This document shows, one piece after another, positions 16,824 through 25,989 of a stretch of DNA of 32,536 nucleotides (its first letter is position 1; each line of letters starts with the position of its first letter). The notes under the pieces were generated by a model. The model worked only from the letters and a program-made list of their open reading frames with translations. It did no database searches and was not told where the DNA came from. The stretch comes from a virus (lineage: Duplodnaviria > Heunggongvirae > Uroviricota > Caudoviricetes), in IMG/VR virus record IMGVR_UViG_3300032893_000003, positions 142,633-175,168 of that record; one strand, given 5' to 3'. The translations under genes were made by a program, and so were the position numbers.

Positions 16824-19727
16824 GTGACGACTACGAAGTTTGTTAAATCTTCTGCGCCTTATAATCACGATACGTTTAACTCCGTGAGCCAATATTTAGT
16901 TGGAATGAGCGGCGTATTGCAAGGCGGTCTAACGACGACTTCGGGCACAACTGTCACTGTACAGCCGTTATCATGGATTCAAAACGGGCTGATCGTTAAT
17001 GTCGATATCCCGCTTACCGCAACCTTACCTGTATATTTGACACCGCCCTACTATGTTGCTGTGACCTCTTCGTCTCCTATTGAAATGCTCACTGAGATTA
17101 TTACCCCTACATTCGTCAAACGACCGGAAGATATTTCTGCCGGCACCGTTTTAGTGGCCGCCTGGGACGGCACAGAATGGCGACAACTTCCGTACTTAGA
17201 CATCAGCGCGCAGATTGCCGCACGGGCTCAAGATGCTATCAATGAGAACTTTATTGGGATTGGTAGCGGGTTTAGTAGTGCTGTTAACGGAAGCAATATC
17301 GTCGTAGCACCCGGGGCTGCGATAGCGGTTGATGGAACATCCGTCGTAAAAAAAGTTTCGACTTCTTTGCCCATTATAGCCGCCGATCCCGATGGATATG
17401 AGCGCATTGATGAAGTAGTTTTACGAAAGCCTCAGGGCGACCCTTCGCGGATAGCCACCATCAACTATGTAGTTGGTCAGATATGCGATCCGAGCGGAGG
17501 CACTGATCTTTCCCACGCGACATCCATCAGTTCCTCAGTTTCAAGCGCGGCTAAGATACTCAATAACCCGACGACTGATGATCTTTATTTCCTTTACCTT
17601 GAGGGCACTACCCTTAACTTCAGACAATCAAATAACGTTCTAGGCTCAATGTCTGGAGCTACAGTTTTATCCGCGACGGTGGACGCCTTTGATGCTGTTT
17701 TAAATCCTAGCGGGTCAATTGACATCGTTTACACAGACAGCACCGATGTTCATTATCTGCGCATAGATAACACAGGTTCTGTTATCTTTACTGACAGCGT
17801 TATTTATACGAATGTGAATCCTGTCAGCAATGCTAGGCTTGTGACAATCGCATCTGGTAGCACCTATTACATCCACATCGTTTTCCAGCAGTACGTCGGT
17901 CCTACGCAAAATATGTTTAAGTATTTAAGGCTCTCTGCCTTAAATACCGTCGAAACAAATGCTGTCACCCTACTTAATACTGGAGATCAGATAGCAAATC
18001 CGTCTCTGGAAAAGGATGATGACGATTCGATTTTATTTTTAGCTTTTGAAGATACGACAAATGGCGCTGTGTACTTGGTGGAGTACGACGCTGGAACAGC
18101 TACCAACGCCACTCCTCCGACAGTTTTAGTTCCCATGATGTCGCTTCAGTCAGATACATTTAACCTGATAACGCAAGCAGCTTTGGCCTCGACAGGTGCT
18201 AAAAATGCCGTTGTTAAACGCGCAGCTAACAAAGAGACTTACGTTTTCTGGTTACATACCACGGGCGGCGGAAATTATGTCGTAGCCGTCTACAACCGAA
18301 ATTACATAAACACATTCGGACACAAGGCTCTCTATACGACGTTGTACACTCTTGGAGAATCGACCCAAGCCTACGATGTTGCCATCGACGGATTGAGCAC
18401 GGCGCATATCATCATGCTCGACGCAGATGAGGCTGTAGCAGCAAACCTGCAGCTGGATACTTTCACTGCAAGCGCCCCCATCCAGATCGAAGCTTCTGGA
18501 TGTATGGATGTCAGGACGGCATTCACTTCTCTTGGAGCCTTAATCCACGCTTATGCTGACAGCACACCAAGCTCTAATCTCGTTAAGTCTACGAGCGGAC
18601 TTATTACAACATTGCGGGATCGACAGCTCCCCTTTACAGACGTATATCTCGCTCATTATAGAAAAAGCGATGGCCAGATCTCCGTTGCGGGCACAGCTAT
18701 CGAAGAAGACCCGTCAATTCGAAGACTTTATGAGTTCAATCATCTCTACGCTGGCACCGGCAGTGTTACGTGGACAGGATCAGCGACAAATAAGATTGTG
18801 ATCAACGCGCCTATAACAATCAACGGCCTTAATCGAAGTGGAACTTTGACTATCCCCACAAACGGGGCTGGGACTGTTGTCCCTGTGGGCTATGCTGCCT
18901 GTATAGCAGTGCCTGACGATGACGTTACGCAGAACGTAAGTCTGCAGATGATCGCTTTTGGAAGCGGGCTTCTGGATCGATATCATCGCAACCTTGTTCC
19001 TATATTTTGGAATATTTCTAGCGTTCTTTATACGCGATTTGCACCATTTAGACTCGATGCTGCCGGTGAGACGGTTATCATCGGACATACTTTAAATGAT
19101 GATGAGCGTAGCTACTTGGGGATGCCGGTAGACCCGGACCCGAGCAATCACGGCTATACGTCGACTGTCCATATTACCCAAAGTATGAGCCATAACGAGG
19201 CGATCGGAGTATTAGACGCTGCCATTACGGGCGGCGGTGGCGGCGACACCTTTACAACTGGCAACGTGGCTTTGACCAATGGTACTACTACGCAAGCAGT
19301 TACGTTTAGCACAGCCTTTGGAACTACAAACTATCGTGTTGTACCTTCATTTGAAAATGATACTGATCCAAACCCACAGTTTCAGCCTATTACGATTACA
19401 AATAAGCTGACCACGGGCTTTACCGCGACTTGGAACGCCCCGCTAGACTCTGGTAATTACTCCCTTAACTATCTGGCCCTGATCGACAGTAACGATGCTG
19501 GAAGCCAGGCTTTGACGATAGGTACACAGACCCAGACCATTACTTTCGGCACTGCTCGCGGGACACCGCTTTATAAGCCGATCGTGATCATGGAAAATAC
19601 TGTGGATCCAAATCCGCAGTACCAGCCTATTACGATTACGAATAAAACTGTCAACGGCTTTACGGTGAAGTGGAACGCCCCGCTTGATTCTAGCAACTAC
19701 ACTCTCGACTGGATTGTGGCTGATTAG
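16824..19727 (+). CDS. Large tail fibre / receptor-binding protein with a propeller-like middle and two C-terminal 80-aa repeats
   Basis: 967 aa, Thr/Ser/Val-rich. Repeated FDAVLNPSGSIDIVY / YDVAIDGLSTAHII strands suggest propeller blades. A GGGGG linker precedes the tandem domains. Confidence 0.65.
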   Translation: MTTTKFVKSSAPYNHDTFNSVSQYLVGMSGVLQGGLTTTSGTTVTVQPLSWIQNGLIVNVDIPLTATLPVYLTPPYYVAVTSSSPIEMLTEIITPTFVKRPEDISAGTVLVAAWDGTEWRQLPYLDISAQIAARAQDAINENFIGIGSGFSSAVNGSNIVVAPGAAIAVDGTSVVKKVSTSLPIIAADPDGYERIDEVVLRKPQGDPSRIATINYVVGQICDPSGGTDLSHATSISSSVSSAAKILNNPTTDDLYFLYLEGTTLNFRQSNNVLGSMSGATVLSATVDAFDAVLNPSGSIDIVYTDSTDVHYLRIDNTGSVIFTDSVIYTNVNPVSNARLVTIASGSTYYIHIVFQQYVGPTQNMFKYLRLSALNTVETNAVTLLNTGDQIANPSLEKDDDDSILFLAFEDTTNGAVYLVEYDAGTATNATPPTVLVPMMSLQSDTFNLITQAALASTGAKNAVVKRAANKETYVFWLHTTGGGNYVVAVYNRNYINTFGHKALYTTLYTLGESTQAYDVAIDGLSTAHIIMLDADEAVAANLQLDTFTASAPIQIEASGCMDVRTAFTSLGALIHAYADSTPSSNLVKSTSGLITTLRDRQLPFTDVYLAHYRKSDGQISVAGTAIEEDPSIRRLYEFNHLYAGTGSVTWTGSATNKIVINAPITINGLNRSGTLTIPTNGAGTVVPVGYAACIAVPDDDVTQNVSLQMIAFGSGLLDRYHRNLVPIFWNISSVLYTRFAPFRLDAAGETVIIGHTLNDDERSYLGMPVDPDPSNHGYTSTVHITQSMSHNEAIGVLDAAITGGGGGDTFTTGNVALTNGTTTQAVTFSTAFGTTNYRVVPSFENDTDPNPQFQPITITNKLTTGFTATWNAPLDSGNYSLNYLALIDSNDAGSQALTIGTQTQTITFGTARGTPLYKPIVIMENTVDPNPQYQPITITNKTVNGFTVKWNAPLDSSNYTLDWIVAD
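19245..19724 (+). repeat. Tandem coding duplication with 240-nt (80-aa) period
   Basis: gatccaaacccacagtttcagcctattacgattac (19365) versus gatccaaatccgcagtaccagcctattacgattac (19605); both encode DPNPQ.QPITITNK...GFT..WNAPLDS.NY. Confidence 0.9.
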
Positions 19728-19740
19728 TGGGATAGAATCG

Positions 19741-19788
19741 AAATAACCTTGGTTTAAGGACTAAGCCCTGGTCCATAAACGGCTATTT
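19741..19788 (+). other. Long interrupted hairpin in the intergenic leader of the fibre-tip operon
   Basis: Pairings AAATAACC/GGCTATTT (one mismatch), GTTTA/TAAAC and GGAC/GTCC around a short loop. Confidence 0.5.
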
Positions 19789-19806
19789 TAGCGAAGGAGC
19801 ACAAAG

Positions 19807-20463
19807 ATGGGTTCATTTAAGTTAGGTGCGCTTGTTGAGCGCACAACCTCGACAGCTACGGCCGCGGGGACCACAACTCTCCTTAACAATTCAACCACTT
19901 ATCAACGGTTTACTGGAACCACAACTCAGACTGTGCAGCTTCCTGATGCCACAACGCTAGTCGTTGGTATGAAGTATGTCATACAGAATAGATCGACCGG
20001 TACAGTGACAGTCAATGATGGCTCGGGCGGCACTTTAAAAACTATCGCAGCCGGCATTGACGTCGTGTTTCAAGTATACAGTATAGGAACAGTGGCTGGC
20101 ACGTGGGATATCGGCAACCCATCTAGCGGCGGTGGCGGCGGTTCTGGAAACGCTTTTAGCAGCGCAACCTCGATCGATCCGTCTTCTCAGTCGCCATATG
20201 CCATGTCTAGTTCAAGCAATCAAGGCACTGTTTTTGAAGTCAATACTGCAAACGGTGCCATGCAGTTTAATCTACCTGCCTTGTCTGCTAATTTTATTTT
20301 TACGGTAGTGGATACTGCGGGGTCGGCAGATACAAATAACATCACGATCCATCGTAATGGCAGTGAATCCATACAAGGGGTGGCTGCTGATTATGTTATC
20401 AAAGCGCCCTACTCATCGACGACGTTTTTCTGTGATGGGGCAAACTATTTTATCGTAGCTTAG
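19807..20463 (+). CDS. Short two-domain fibre/adaptor protein
   Basis: SD AAGGAG. TVQLPDATTLVVGMKYVIQNRSTGTVTV and FNLPA...FTVVDTAGSADTNNITIHRNGSESIQG...DGANYFIV are two copies of a common phage fibre module, joined by a Gly linker. Confidence 0.7.
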   Translation: MGSFKLGALVERTTSTATAAGTTTLLNNSTTYQRFTGTTTQTVQLPDATTLVVGMKYVIQNRSTGTVTVNDGSGGTLKTIAAGIDVVFQVYSIGTVAGTWDIGNPSSGGGGGSGNAFSSATSIDPSSQSPYAMSSSSNQGTVFEVNTANGAMQFNLPALSANFIFTVVDTAGSADTNNITIHRNGSESIQGVAADYVIKAPYSSTTFFCDGANYFIVA

Positions 20464-20471
20464 AGGACAGA

Positions 20472-21944
20472 ATGGCTAGGCTGGTTAGAGAAACATTTAC
20501 GTACAATACGACATGGACTGCTCCAGCAGGCGTTAAGTATGTCATCGCCCATGGGATACGTAATGGTGCCGCACTCGGCGCTACGGCAACTGCTATTGAT
20601 TCCTTTAACAGAGGCTTTACGTGGGGTAACAATAATAACGGACAATTAGGAGATGGAACGACCACGGCACGTTCCTCACCGGTCGCTGTACTTGGAGGCT
20701 TAAGCTTCGTGCAGTTAATGACCGGCAGTTTTTTAGGCTGCGGTTTAACGACGACTGGTGTGGCCTACGGCTGGGGACAGGGAGGGACCACAGGAGACGG
20801 AACGACCACAGCGCGTTCGTCTCCGGTAGCTATGGTTGGTGGCCTGCTTTTTTCAAGACTCGTAGCGACTCCAAGTCGACAATCAGGATTTGCCTTCACA
20901 ACTACAGGAGTTCTGTATGGCTGGGGAGTCAATAACGTAGGTCAGCTCGGAAACAACGCGACTACCACAGCATCATCACCGACAGCAGTTGCTGGTGGAC
21001 TGACATTTGTTGACGTACAATTCAGCGATGCACAAGTTTCCGTTTTAGGAAAAACGTCGAGTGGGGCAGCCTATGGCTGGGGTCCAAATGCTTTTGGACA
21101 ATTGGGAGATGGAACGACCACAGGCCGCTCATCTCCTACAGCGGTTCTTGGTGGACTGACTTTCACGTCTATCTATTGCATGGAAGCGCATAGCGCTGGA
21201 CTTACTTCTGATGGATCACTTTATATGTGGGGATATAATAGTTTTGGCCAACTGGGGGACGGGACTACTACAGCACGTTCATCTCCAGTAGCCGTAGTCG
21301 GCGGTTTGAAATTTAGCAAAATTGCAATTGCTTCTAATAACGGAGTTAACACCTCAGTAATTGGTCTGACAAAAACGGGTCAAGCCTATGGCTGGGGGTT
21401 TAATTCCTTTGGTGAGTGTGGGTTGGGAAATACCACGGCCCATTCATCCCCTGTAGCTTTATCAGGTGGTCTAACGTTTGTGGATGTAACATCCAATCTC
21501 GGGGCTTCTAACCCTTTCTTCTTTCTTCGTACTGCCGACGGTACTCTCTACACGACGGGCGATAATTCTACAGGTCAGCTAGGAGTTGGTGACACGACTA
21601 ACAGATCATCTCCAACAGCAGTTTTAGGTGGCTTAAAATTTGCTTATGTATATCCCACTTACTCGACATATTCACTAGCAGCAACACCGAACGGCAATCT
21701 GTATGCTTGGGGTGTCAATTCCATAGGTAATTTAGGAGTGGGGGACACGACTCCTCGTTCGTCTCCAGTAGCCGTAGTCGGCGGTTTCTTAACCTATATG
21801 AATATTACAAATGCAGACTTGCGTGTGACTGTGATCCCTGGAACGACCTATAATATAAATCCTCAGCAATTTAATGCACAGTTTGGGCCGTACACACTGG
21901 GGCAGGGACCTCTGGAATCTATAACGCTGGAGTACGTTCTTTAA
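20472..21944 (+). CDS. RCC1/BLIP-II-like repeat protein 1 (8 repeats), putative receptor-binding tip
   Basis: Eight WGxNxxGQLGDGTTTxRSSPVAVxGGLxF units; SD GAGGA. Confidence 0.9.
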   Translation: MARLVRETFTYNTTWTAPAGVKYVIAHGIRNGAALGATATAIDSFNRGFTWGNNNNGQLGDGTTTARSSPVAVLGGLSFVQLMTGSFLGCGLTTTGVAYGWGQGGTTGDGTTTARSSPVAMVGGLLFSRLVATPSRQSGFAFTTTGVLYGWGVNNVGQLGNNATTTASSPTAVAGGLTFVDVQFSDAQVSVLGKTSSGAAYGWGPNAFGQLGDGTTTGRSSPTAVLGGLTFTSIYCMEAHSAGLTSDGSLYMWGYNSFGQLGDGTTTARSSPVAVVGGLKFSKIAIASNNGVNTSVIGLTKTGQAYGWGFNSFGECGLGNTTAHSSPVALSGGLTFVDVTSNLGASNPFFFLRTADGTLYTTGDNSTGQLGVGDTTNRSSPTAVLGGLKFAYVYPTYSTYSLAATPNGNLYAWGVNSIGNLGVGDTTPRSSPVAVVGGFLTYMNITNADLRVTVIPGTTYNINPQQFNAQFGPYTLGQGPLESITLEYVL

Positions 21945-23446
21945 TGGGTAAAGTGGTAAGGGAATACTTTTACGGAAATTCAACATGGACCGCACCTGGC
22001 GGTGTGAAGTACATTATCGTTTACAGTTTTAAAAATTCACAACAAGTTCTGGGCGGTACAACAACAACCCTCCTTAATAGCTACGGAAGCGCTTACTGCT
22101 GGGGTTCAAACGCGAACGGAGTTCTTGGCAATAACTCAGCCACTTCAGCTTTTTCTAGCCCTGTAGCCGTAGTCGGTGGTTTAACGTTTGCCTCGCTTTA
22201 CACAGCCACTTCATTCAACTTCGGTATTACTCCTAAAGGAGTAGCGTACGGTTGGGGGGCTAATGGCAACGGAGAACTTGGCGACGGAAGCACAACCAGC
22301 AGATCGTCGCCAGTAACGGTAGCTGGTGGTCTTTTATTTCAAAAGATTACGGCTAATAATGCTGCCAGCAGTTTCGGCCTTACGCCGTCGGGTGCTGTGT
22401 ATGCCTGGGGAATCAATGGTAGTGGGCAGTTAGGTGACGGGACAAGCACGCAGCGCTCGTCTCCTGTGGCCGTTCTCGGTGGATTAGCGTTTGCTGATAT
22501 AGTCACCGGAGTTACAGGCGGCACCACTTGTTTCACGGTCGGTCTAACTACGAGCGGGGCAGCCTATGCTTGGGGTACAAATGCCAAGGGCCAGATGGGT
22601 GATGGAACAACGACAACGCGTACATCTCCAACGGCAGTGCTTGGTGGATTGACGTTTAGCAAAATTTTTCTTCTTAACGATACTGCGGCCAACGGCGGAA
22701 CTGTCTTTGCACTGACGTCTTCCGGAACAGCTTATGCTTGGGGAAGTAATGGCGCAGGCATTCTTGGGGTCGGAGATACAACTCCCCGCTCGTCTCCAGT
22801 TGCAGTACTTGGAGGACTTTCTTTTGTAAATATTTTCAGCGTTATTGCCAATGGCGGGGCATCGGCTTACTTTCTGACTAGCTCTGGTGCGCTGTATGCC
22901 ACAGGATCCAACAGTGCTGGGCAGCTTGGAGATGGAACAACAACGGCACGTTCATCGCCGGTCGCGGTTATAGGCGGACTTTCCTTTATAGACGTCATGG
23001 GTGGCGTGAGTGAGACCACAACCTACGGTCTGACCACTAGTGGGTCACTATATGCCTGGGGATATAATGCAAACGGACAGCTTGGCGTGAATGACACCAC
23101 TTCCAGGTCCTCTCCAGTCGCTGTTGTCGGCGGTCTGACGTTTTCGCGTTTAGCTACGAGCTCGGCAAACAATATGTATGCCATGACCCCTGGTGGAGTT
23201 GTTTACGCCTGGGGCCAAAATTCTTCGGGAAGTCTGGGGGTCAATGACACAACTCCTCGCTCATCACCTGTAGCAGTCGTAGGCGGAGTTACGGCAGCAG
23301 CTGCTATAACTCAAACGGTAAAAAGAATTTCTGTTGTTCCCGGGACGTCTTATACGGTAGGGATTAAGCAGCTAAACGCCCAACTCGGAGCAGAAGCTCT
23401 GGGAGCAGGTCCATTTGATTACATTATTGTAGAGCACGAAATATGA
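21944..23446 (+). CDS. RCC1/BLIP-II-like repeat protein 2 (8 repeats)
   Basis: Same architecture as protein 1; TAATG coupling. Confidence 0.9.
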   Translation: MGKVVREYFYGNSTWTAPGGVKYIIVYSFKNSQQVLGGTTTTLLNSYGSAYCWGSNANGVLGNNSATSAFSSPVAVVGGLTFASLYTATSFNFGITPKGVAYGWGANGNGELGDGSTTSRSSPVTVAGGLLFQKITANNAASSFGLTPSGAVYAWGINGSGQLGDGTSTQRSSPVAVLGGLAFADIVTGVTGGTTCFTVGLTTSGAAYAWGTNAKGQMGDGTTTTRTSPTAVLGGLTFSKIFLLNDTAANGGTVFALTSSGTAYAWGSNGAGILGVGDTTPRSSPVAVLGGLSFVNIFSVIANGGASAYFLTSSGALYATGSNSAGQLGDGTTTARSSPVAVIGGLSFIDVMGGVSETTTYGLTTSGSLYAWGYNANGQLGVNDTTSRSSPVAVVGGLTFSRLATSSANNMYAMTPGGVVYAWGQNSSGSLGVNDTTPRSSPVAVVGGVTAAAAITQTVKRISVVPGTSYTVGIKQLNAQLGAEALGAGPFDYIIVEHEI

Positions 23447-24936
23447 AGAAAATTAGACAAACCTTTTACTATAACGGAACTTTTACAGCACCTACAGGTG
23501 TTAAATATGTCACCGTCTATGGTGTTAAGTATCCGCCTGCGCCGATATCCGGACTAGCCGGATTTTTTATCGATAGCTTTGGAGCCCTTCACAGCTATGG
23601 GTCAAATACAGTCGGGCAGCTCGGTGACGGAACTTCTGTTAGCAAATCATCTCCAGTTGCTGTTGTAGGGGGTCTAAGTTTCGCGTCTCTTCACTACACT
23701 CTAAGCACGACCTACGGGATTACAACCTCTGGCGATCTTTACTCTTGGGGCAATAATTCTAGTGGACAGCTCGGTGACGGAACAACGACTAATCGTTCGT
23801 CTCCTGTAGCCGTTGTTGGCGGTCTGAAATTTCAAAAAGTTATCTGTGGCTCGAGTGCCCTCTGTGCTTGGGGATTAACACCTGCTGGCACCCTCTATGC
23901 GTGGGGTGATAATACCAACGGTGAGCTTGGCGATAATACGGTCGTTGCAAAATCTTCTCCTATCGCCGTATCTGGTGGGCTTACTTTTACTGATATAACT
24001 TTCGTATCTTCGACTGGCATTATAGGTATTACAAATACAGGCGCGGCTTATGCTTGGGGCGTAAACACGAATGGCAACATCGGTGATGGCACTACGACTA
24101 ACCGCTCATCCCCGACGGCAGTTTTAGGCGGTCTGGTTTTTACAAAAATCGTGTGTACCGGAAGTATTAGCGCAGCTTCTGTTATGGGTCTTACAAGTTC
24201 GGGCGCTGCTTATGGTTGGGGCTATAACGCTGATGGAAGACTTGGTGTGGGGGATACAACTCCTCGCTCATCACCTGTAGCCGTGCTCGGTGGCCTTAGC
24301 TTTACGGACATCTACGCCGGTGGATTTAATGCAAGCACTGGTGGCAATTTCTACCTGCAAACGACAGACGGCACGATATACAGTATTGGAAATAATCTAA
24401 GCGGTGAACTTGGTGTGGGTGACAACAATGCGCGTTCATCTCCCGTCGCTGTTGTCGGTGGTTTAACTTTTAAGCAGCTTTATACTGGCACCTCTGGTGG
24501 TCGTATAGGTCTTACGACAACAGGAGCCGCCTATGGTTGGGGCGACAATACCGCGGGTAATCTGGGTGTAGGCGACAACAACGCGCGCTCATCGCCAGTC
24601 GCCGTAGTGGGGGGTTTGAGCTTTACGAGACTTACCACTATGTTTGTCGGAGCATTTCAAAATTCAGGAGCCTATACGGCTAATGGGCAGCTGTACACAT
24701 GGGGCAGCAACACGAGTGGCCAGTTAGGTGACGGAACGACTAACAATAGGTCATCTCCTGTGGCCGTTCTTGGGGTCTTTTTGCCAAACGTCGGTGAAAC
24801 CATCGTTTCCAAATTAATAACTGTTACGCCAGGGAATACTTACGCCGTTAACATACAGCAGTATAATGGACAATTTGGACTCGAAACGCTGGGTCCTGGG
24901 CCTTACGATTACATAGTTGTTGAATATTCAAACTAA
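23443..24936 (+). CDS. RCC1/BLIP-II-like repeat protein 3 (8 repeats)
   Basis: Same architecture as proteins 1 and 2; ATGA coupling. Confidence 0.9.
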   Translation: MKKIRQTFYYNGTFTAPTGVKYVTVYGVKYPPAPISGLAGFFIDSFGALHSYGSNTVGQLGDGTSVSKSSPVAVVGGLSFASLHYTLSTTYGITTSGDLYSWGNNSSGQLGDGTTTNRSSPVAVVGGLKFQKVICGSSALCAWGLTPAGTLYAWGDNTNGELGDNTVVAKSSPIAVSGGLTFTDITFVSSTGIIGITNTGAAYAWGVNTNGNIGDGTTTNRSSPTAVLGGLVFTKIVCTGSISAASVMGLTSSGAAYGWGYNADGRLGVGDTTPRSSPVAVLGGLSFTDIYAGGFNASTGGNFYLQTTDGTIYSIGNNLSGELGVGDNNARSSPVAVVGGLTFKQLYTGTSGGRIGLTTTGAAYGWGDNTAGNLGVGDNNARSSPVAVVGGLSFTRLTTMFVGAFQNSGAYTANGQLYTWGSNTSGQLGDGTTNNRSSPVAVLGVFLPNVGETIVSKLITVTPGNTYAVNIQQYNGQFGLETLGPGPYDYIVVEYSN

Positions 24937-24942
24937 AGTTTA

Positions 24943-24948
24943 TAGTAT
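24943..24948 (+). promoter_or_regulatory. Candidate -10 element (TAGTAT) 6 nt before the GT9 start codon; possible leaderless promoter
   Basis: There is no SD in the 18-nt gap, and the hexamer-to-ATG spacing matches a +1 at the ATG. Confidence 0.35.
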
Positions 24949-24954
24949 AGCCGC

Positions 24955-25989
24955 ATGGAGACTCAAAATAAATTCGTGCCTTATACAAGGCAACAGCCCG
25001 TCGTTTTAGATCCTAGTTTTTTCCCCGCTCTACGCACCGTAGATGCTGTCATGCGAGGGGTAAATAAAAATGTCTTAATAAATTGTTGGGGCGGCATCGG
25101 GGATCAAGTTTGTTCCGAACCAACTATAAGGCATGCGATCCACAATTTTAAAGATTGTAAGATCACAATCGCTACAACCCTGCCAGAACTATTTCAGCAT
25201 TTGCCCTATCACGACCTTTACGACTTAAAAAAAGAACGTCCGATTCATGATGATTACTGGGTGTGCGAACCTATCCCGAACCAAAGTCCGCAAAATCTTG
25301 CAGCCCAGTTTATAAGTCATATGGTGATGAACTGCGTGGATTTTCCAGCTGTGTCTGCCTTTAGAATGCAGCTTCCGATCAAAGACAGAGAAATTGTTTT
25401 AAAGCCTAAAACGCCGACCAATGAAGTGGTTTTGGATATAGTAAAAGAGGCGGCTAAACACGTTGTAGTTCACCCAGGACGACACTGGGTTTCTAAGACA
25501 TTTCCAGCTGCGTGGTACAATCGTGGACTTGCAAGCATCATCAAGGAAGGCTTTATTCCCGTTCTTATTGGTAAAGAAGACGGACCCACTCAGGGCACTG
25601 TTAATGTCGATGTGTCTGGCTGCATAGATCTCCGCGAGAAGACAACTCTGAATGACACAATTTGGCTCCTTCAAAATACAGGCGTTCTTATTTGCAATGA
25701 TTCTTCGCCACTTCATATGGCTGCAAGCGGAAAAGCCTGGATCGGGTTTTTTGCTTCCGTAAAGCATCCTGATTTTATAACCCATTGGAGAAATGGGCAG
25801 TGGTCATGGAGGATGCAGAACCTGAGTGTGGACGGCATTTACAATCACTTTAACTTTTGCCCCAACACTGAAACAGATCTTCTACTAGATAACGTTGAAG
25901 AAAGCCTTGTTTTGCGATGCTTACCAGAGCCAGAGATTATAGGTCCGTGGTGTAAGGAGAAGATGGATGACTATTTCAGAAGCATTTAA
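24955..25989 (+). CDS. Glycosyltransferase family 9 (heptosyltransferase-like, GT-B fold)
   Basis: GGIGDQV...PTIRH, VVVHPGRHWVSKTFP, IDLREKTTLNDTIWLL and LICNDSSPLHMAAS are GT9 hallmark motifs. Confidence 0.85.
   Translation: METQNKFVPYTRQQPVVLDPSFFPALRTVDAVMRGVNKNVLINCWGGIGDQVCSEPTIRHAIHNFKDCKITIATTLPELFQHLPYHDLYDLKKERPIHDDYWVCEPIPNQSPQNLAAQFISHMVMNCVDFPAVSAFRMQLPIKDREIVLKPKTPTNEVVLDIVKEAAKHVVVHPGRHWVSKTFPAAWYNRGLASIIKEGFIPVLIGKEDGPTQGTVNVDVSGCIDLREKTTLNDTIWLLQNTGVLICNDSSPLHMAASGKAWIGFFASVKHPDFITHWRNGQWSWRMQNLSVDGIYNHFNFCPNTETDLLLDNVEESLVLRCLPEPEIIGPWCKEKMDDYFRSI

Noticed and set aside
866-23000. Numerous antisense and alternate-frame ORFs in the track (e.g. 866-1333, 5173-5502, 6841-7218, 15963-16412, 18780-19088)
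   Set aside because: They lie wholly within long, well-supported + strand genes and show no motifs or ribosome-binding sites; they are shadow ORFs.
20620-24780. CRISPR-like periodic repeats
   Set aside because: The period is about 150-170 nt, the copies are degenerate and in frame, and they are fully explained by protein repeats; no cas genes are present.
20472-24936. Diversity-generating retroelement acting on the RCC1 genes
   Set aside because: There is no reverse transcriptase in the window, and repeat differences are synonymous third-position changes of all base types, not adenine-specific TR/VR mismatches.
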